From: an uncultured Desulfobacterales bacterium
Lineage (GTDB): Bacteria > Desulfobacterota > DSM-4660 > Desulfatiglandales > JALVZP01
DNA length: 62,338 nt
NCBI GenBank assembly: GCA_964393645.1
Contig: CAYMUI010000056.1
Location: 1-62,338 of the forward strand
Direction: 5' to 3'
The number at the start of each line of letters is the position of its first letter. Position 1 is the stretch's first letter. The translations under genes were made by a program, and so were the position numbers. The notes under the pieces are model-generated. The model had not been told where the DNA came from. It made no database searches and was given only the letters and a program-made list of their open reading frames with translations. Below, in pieces: positions 59,403-62,338 of the stretch.

Positions 59403-60230
59403 TTACAGTAATGCTTCCTCGTGAAGTGTTCCTTTATATACAATATTCGTGTCTCCCTCAAGCCATATGTCAAAAAACCTATCTTTTTCTCTCCTAAAAT
59501 ATACTCTCAGCACCTCTCCTCCTTTTGTCCTTACATCTACTGGAGAATGATTCCCGTCTCTTAAAGAAGAAATCAAAGCAGATGCAATACTTCCTGTACC
59601 ACATGCCAAAGTTTCATCTTCTACTCCTCTTTCGTATGTTCTTACCTCTATAAGATTTTCTCCCACTTTTCTCATAAAATTTACATTCGTGCCTTCAGGA
59701 GAAAATATGCTGTGGAATCTGATCTTTCTGCCTACTTCCCGAACAGGAACATCTTCCAGATCTTTCACTCTGATTACTACATGTGGAACGCCCGTGTTTA
59801 TAAAGTCGATGCTCTCCCAATCTAATAGCTTTTCCATTTGGATATCTTTTTTTAAGTCCTTAGGATCAGTAAGCATAACCTTAACCCTTCTTCCTAATAC
59901 CTCTGCTGCCACAGGTCCTATTGTTGTTTCAAATTTCATCTTTCTGGGCGCTATCTTATTCAAGTACGCAAATCTTGCAGCACAACGACTTCCATTTCCG
60001 CACATCTCTGCTTCGCTTCCGTCGGAATTGAAGAATCTCCAAGCAAAATCGCAAGTCTCAGATTTTGTTATAAATATCACCCCGTCTGCTCCCACAGAAA
60101 TCCTTCTTCTACACACAAGCTTAGAAAAAGAACTCATCTGTTCTTCTTTTATATCCTCATTTCTGTTGTCTATAATGACAAAATCGTTTCCGCTGCCGTT
60201 CATCTTCCAAAAGGTTATACTTTTCATCAC
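59403..60230 (-). CDS. dapF: Diaminopimelate epimerase
   Basis: KMNGSGNDF, GADG, NSDGSEAEMCGNG, TGVPH, RTYERGVEDETLACGTG. Confidence 0.98.
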   Translation of the reverse strand: MMKSITFWKMNGSGNDFVIIDNRNEDIKEEQMSSFSKLVCRRRISVGADGVIFITKSETCDFAWRFFNSDGSEAEMCGNGSRCAARFAYLNKIAPRKMKFETTIGPVAAEVLGRRVKVMLTDPKDLKKDIQMEKLLDWESIDFINTGVPHVVIRVKDLEDVPVREVGRKIRFHSIFSPEGTNVNFMRKVGENLIEVRTYERGVEDETLACGTGSIASALISSLRDGNHSPVDVRTKGGEVLRVYFRREKDRFFDIWLEGDTNIVYKGTLHEEALL

Positions 60231-60379
60231 TCTTTCGAAAAAATTTTTTTAATTTTTTAAACATATATTTTCCTTCTGTTCAACCGAAAAGCGAATTTAT
60301 TATCCATAAAACATCGCTTAGCATTGACTTTATAACACAAAGAATATAAAAGAAAAAAAAATTCACAAGGAGGTTTTAA

Positions 60380-61681
60380 ATGGAACCTATCGTCATAAAA
60401 AACAGACAACAAAGTAAATTACGCATCTCTCCAGAATTTGCTGATATTTGCTTTACATGTGGCACATGTGCCAGTGGCTGCCCTGTTTCAGGTGTAGACG
60501 GAATGGATCCAAGAAAGGTGGTAAGGATGGCAGCCCTTGGATTAGACGATGAACTTATAGAATCTCGTTTTCCATGGATTTGTACCATGTGTGGCAGATG
60601 TGAGTATGCTTGTCCTCAAGGAGTAGAGATTACAGCCTTAATAAGGCGCATAAGAGGTTTAAGGGACAGGGATAAAGTGCCAGGCCCTATACACAAAGGT
60701 GTTGTAATGTGTCTTGAGAAGGGGAATAACCTCGGTATTCCAAAAGATGACTTTCTGTTTCTGTTAGCAGATGTGGGGAAAGAGTTGGAAGAAGAAGGTT
60801 TTCCAGGTTTTTATGTGCCCGTGGATAAAAAAGGAGCAAATATACTTGTTACTATCAACTCAAAAGAGCCTTTTGGCGAGCCAGACGACATGAAGTTTTG
60901 GTGGAAGATATTTTATTGTGCAAAAGAAGACTGGACAGTGCCTTCTGAAAACTGGGAAGGAGTAAACTGGGGTCTTTTTTCAGGCGATGATGAAGCAATG
61001 AAACAGATTGTAGGAAGGATAGTGGAAAACTTAGAAAAACTGGAATGCAAAACATTGCTCTTGCCAGAGTGAGGCCACGCCTATTATGCGACCAGGCTTG
61101 GTCTGCAGAAATGGTTTCCAGAAGTATTTAAGAAATACAGAGTCCTGTCAGTTCATGACCTTCTCAAGGAATATATTGAAACCGGAAGAATAAAAATAGA
61201 TAAATCCGTACACAAAGATCATAAGGTCACTCTTCATGATCCTTGTAACTATGGCCGTAGAAGCTATAAGGCATTTGGACACGGATATTTTGAAGAACCT
61301 CGCTGGATAGTCCAACAGTGCTGTGAAAACTTTGTGGAAATGCAGCCTAACAGAATGAATAACTTCTGCTGCGGTGGAGGTGGGGGTGCATGGGCAATGC
61401 CTTATGTGGCAGAAAGGGTATTTTACGGAAGAGTAAAAGCAAAACAAATAATGGATACAGGTGCAGATCTTGTGATTGCCCCGTGTCATAACTGTAGAGA
61501 TCAAATTATGAAATCTCTGGTAAAAGAATACAACTTAGGAGTAGAAGTAAAATATTTATGGGAACTTGTGGCTGATTCTCTTGTAGTAGAGCCATGGAGT
61601 GAAGAGGAAGTGAAAAAAGCCCATGAAATGAGGGATGCACAGTTTGAAAGAGACGGGATAGTGTTAGACGAAGAATTCTAA
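60380..61681 (+). CDS. HdrD/DsrK-like Fe-S oxidoreductase (4Fe-4S dicluster + CCG domain) with selenocysteine at TGA 61070-61072 (433 aa)
   Basis: CFTCGTCASGCP, CTMCGRCEYACP, then LLLPE-U-GHAYY; no other stop before HDPC, CCGGGGG, CHNC; ORF-track pieces 60380-61072 and 61334-61681 are in frame. Confidence 0.92.
61088..61106 (+). promoter_or_regulatory. Bacterial SECIS-like hairpin
   Basis: GC-GACCA-GGCT-TGGTC-T-GC; G-led apical loop starts 22 nt after the TGA; bulged U. Confidence 0.75.
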
Positions 61682-61687
61682 GCAATA

Positions 61688-61720
61688 GCGGATGTCCGCA
61701 CGGGCATCCGCCCGTCTTTT
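61688..61720 (+). terminator. Intrinsic terminator between convergent genes
   Basis: GCGGATGTCC-GCAC-GGGCATCCGC GC-rich hairpin followed by CCGTCTTTT. Confidence 0.7.
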
Positions 61721-61883
61721 AATTTAAAGAAATAATAAGAGGAAAACAGGACTCAAGCAAGGAAAGACTGTAAGCGTTCTTTTTAAGCCAGCGTTTATAT
61801 TCCCTCGCCAAGCAAGGATCATTAAATATGACAGATTCTCCTAAGAATTTAAGCTCTTCTATAACTCTCCAGTAAAAGTGCAT
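61719..61883 (-). CDS. Candidate small protein, 54 aa
   Basis: ATG at 61883 behind GGAGAAAGGAAG; MHFYWRVIEELKFLGESVIFNDPCLAREYKRWLKKNAYSLSLLESCFPLIISLN; no recognised family. Confidence 0.4.
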   Translation of the reverse strand: MHFYWRVIEELKFLGESVIFNDPCLAREYKRWLKKNAYSLSLLESCFPLIISLN

Positions 61884-61900
61884 CTTCCTTTCTCCCAATA

Positions 61901-61927
61901 AAAAAATAAGGACCTTTACAGGTCCTT
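61901..61927 (-). terminator. Intrinsic terminator after tRNA-Ala
   Basis: AAGGACCT-GTAA-AGGTCCTT followed by ATTTTTT on the minus strand. Confidence 0.8.
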
Positions 61928-61929
61928 TA

Positions 61930-62002
61930 TGGAGCTGAGCGGACTTGAACCGCCGACCTCGTGACTGCCAGTCACGCGCTCTCCCAACTGAGCTACAGCC
62001 CC
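61930..62002 (-). tRNA. tRNA-Ala (GGC), 3' CCA not encoded
   Basis: GGGGCTGTAGCTCAGTTGGGAGAGCG-CGTGA-CTGGCAG-TCACG-AGGTCGGCGGTTCAAGTCCGCTCAGCTCCA; G3:U70 pair, anticodon GGC. Confidence 0.97.
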
Positions 62003-62013
62003 ATTTTTTATTT

Positions 62014-62042
62014 ACCATACCAGTATGACCGTCTTATGTCAA
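62014..62042 (-). promoter_or_regulatory. Sigma70 promoter of tRNA-Ala
   Basis: TTGACA (62042-62037), 17-nt spacer ending in TGG (extended -10), TATGGT (62019-62014), 11 nt before the mature 5' end. Confidence 0.8.
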
Positions 62043-62134
62043 TACCCTCTATGTAGTCGGATGTTTTCTACCTATGATGGCAATGGTATACTTTCTTTGA
62101 GAGACACCTTAATTAAGAATTAAAGGGGGGTATT

Positions 62135-62338
62135 ATGGCAAAAGCGAGAGTATACCGACACGATATTCGTTGTCCCCACTGTGGTTCTAACTGGTGTATT
62201 AAATATGGTCATGCCAATGGCAAACAAACCTACCGATGCAATGACTGTTTACACCGGTTTACTCCTCAGGCAACCCGACATGCTTATCCGAATCACATTA
62301 AACAGGAGGCGATACGGATGTATTGTGAAGGGATGAGT
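62135..62338 (+). mobile_element. IS1-family transposase N-terminus (InsA-like), truncated by the window edge
   Basis: Not in the ORF track. MAKARVYRHDIRCPHCGSNWCIKYGHANGKQTYRCNDCLHRFT...AIRMYCEGMS: CPxC...G..GKQ.YRC..C zinc ribbon followed by HTH start; purine-rich RBS GGGGGG. Confidence 0.85.

Noticed and set aside
613-61504. Numerous 60-230 aa ORFs antisense or out of frame to assigned genes
   Set aside because: They overlap well-supported genes, lack motifs and RBSs, and look like codon-bias shadows.
61719-62018. 99-aa minus-strand ORF in the track
   Set aside because: Its 5' half runs through tRNA-Ala and its terminator; only the part from ATG 61883 is plausible.

Overview
A gene-dense, AT-rich chromosomal window, most likely from an anaerobic Desulfobacterota (deltaproteobacterial) genome; this is inferred from gene content and protein motifs, not from a database search. 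From left to right it contains: the 5' part of a type III-B CRISPR cmr1 gene (missing from the ORF track) back-to-back with rplM-rpsI; a complete dcw cluster (rsmH-ftsL-ftsI-murE-F-mraY-murD-ftsW-murG-C-B-ftsQ-A-Z) without mraZ or ddl, led by a hybrid kinase, uvrC and radC and ending in a radical SAM gene; a DUF151/PHP/radical SAM operon; an archaeal-type aromatic amino acid operon (aroA'/aroB'); hom and an aminotransferase; a kdsD/DapA-like/trmO/recD2 operon; a selenocysteine formate dehydrogenase with NuoE/NuoF-like partners bearing electron-bifurcation signatures; an APC permease; a methanogen-type homocysteine synthase; a PIN toxin-antitoxin pair ending in a degenerate integron attC site; class II aldolase; the dap operon ending in an EndoQ-like nuclease/UvrD helicase fusion; a Sec-containing CCG-domain Fe-S oxidoreductase; tRNA-Ala(GGC); and the start of an IS1-family transposase. 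Three genes are split by in-frame TGA. Two (FDH, CCG oxidoreductase) have clear SECIS hairpins and are read as selenoproteins; the third, in murC, does not fit the Sec pattern. No CRISPR array or rRNA was seen.
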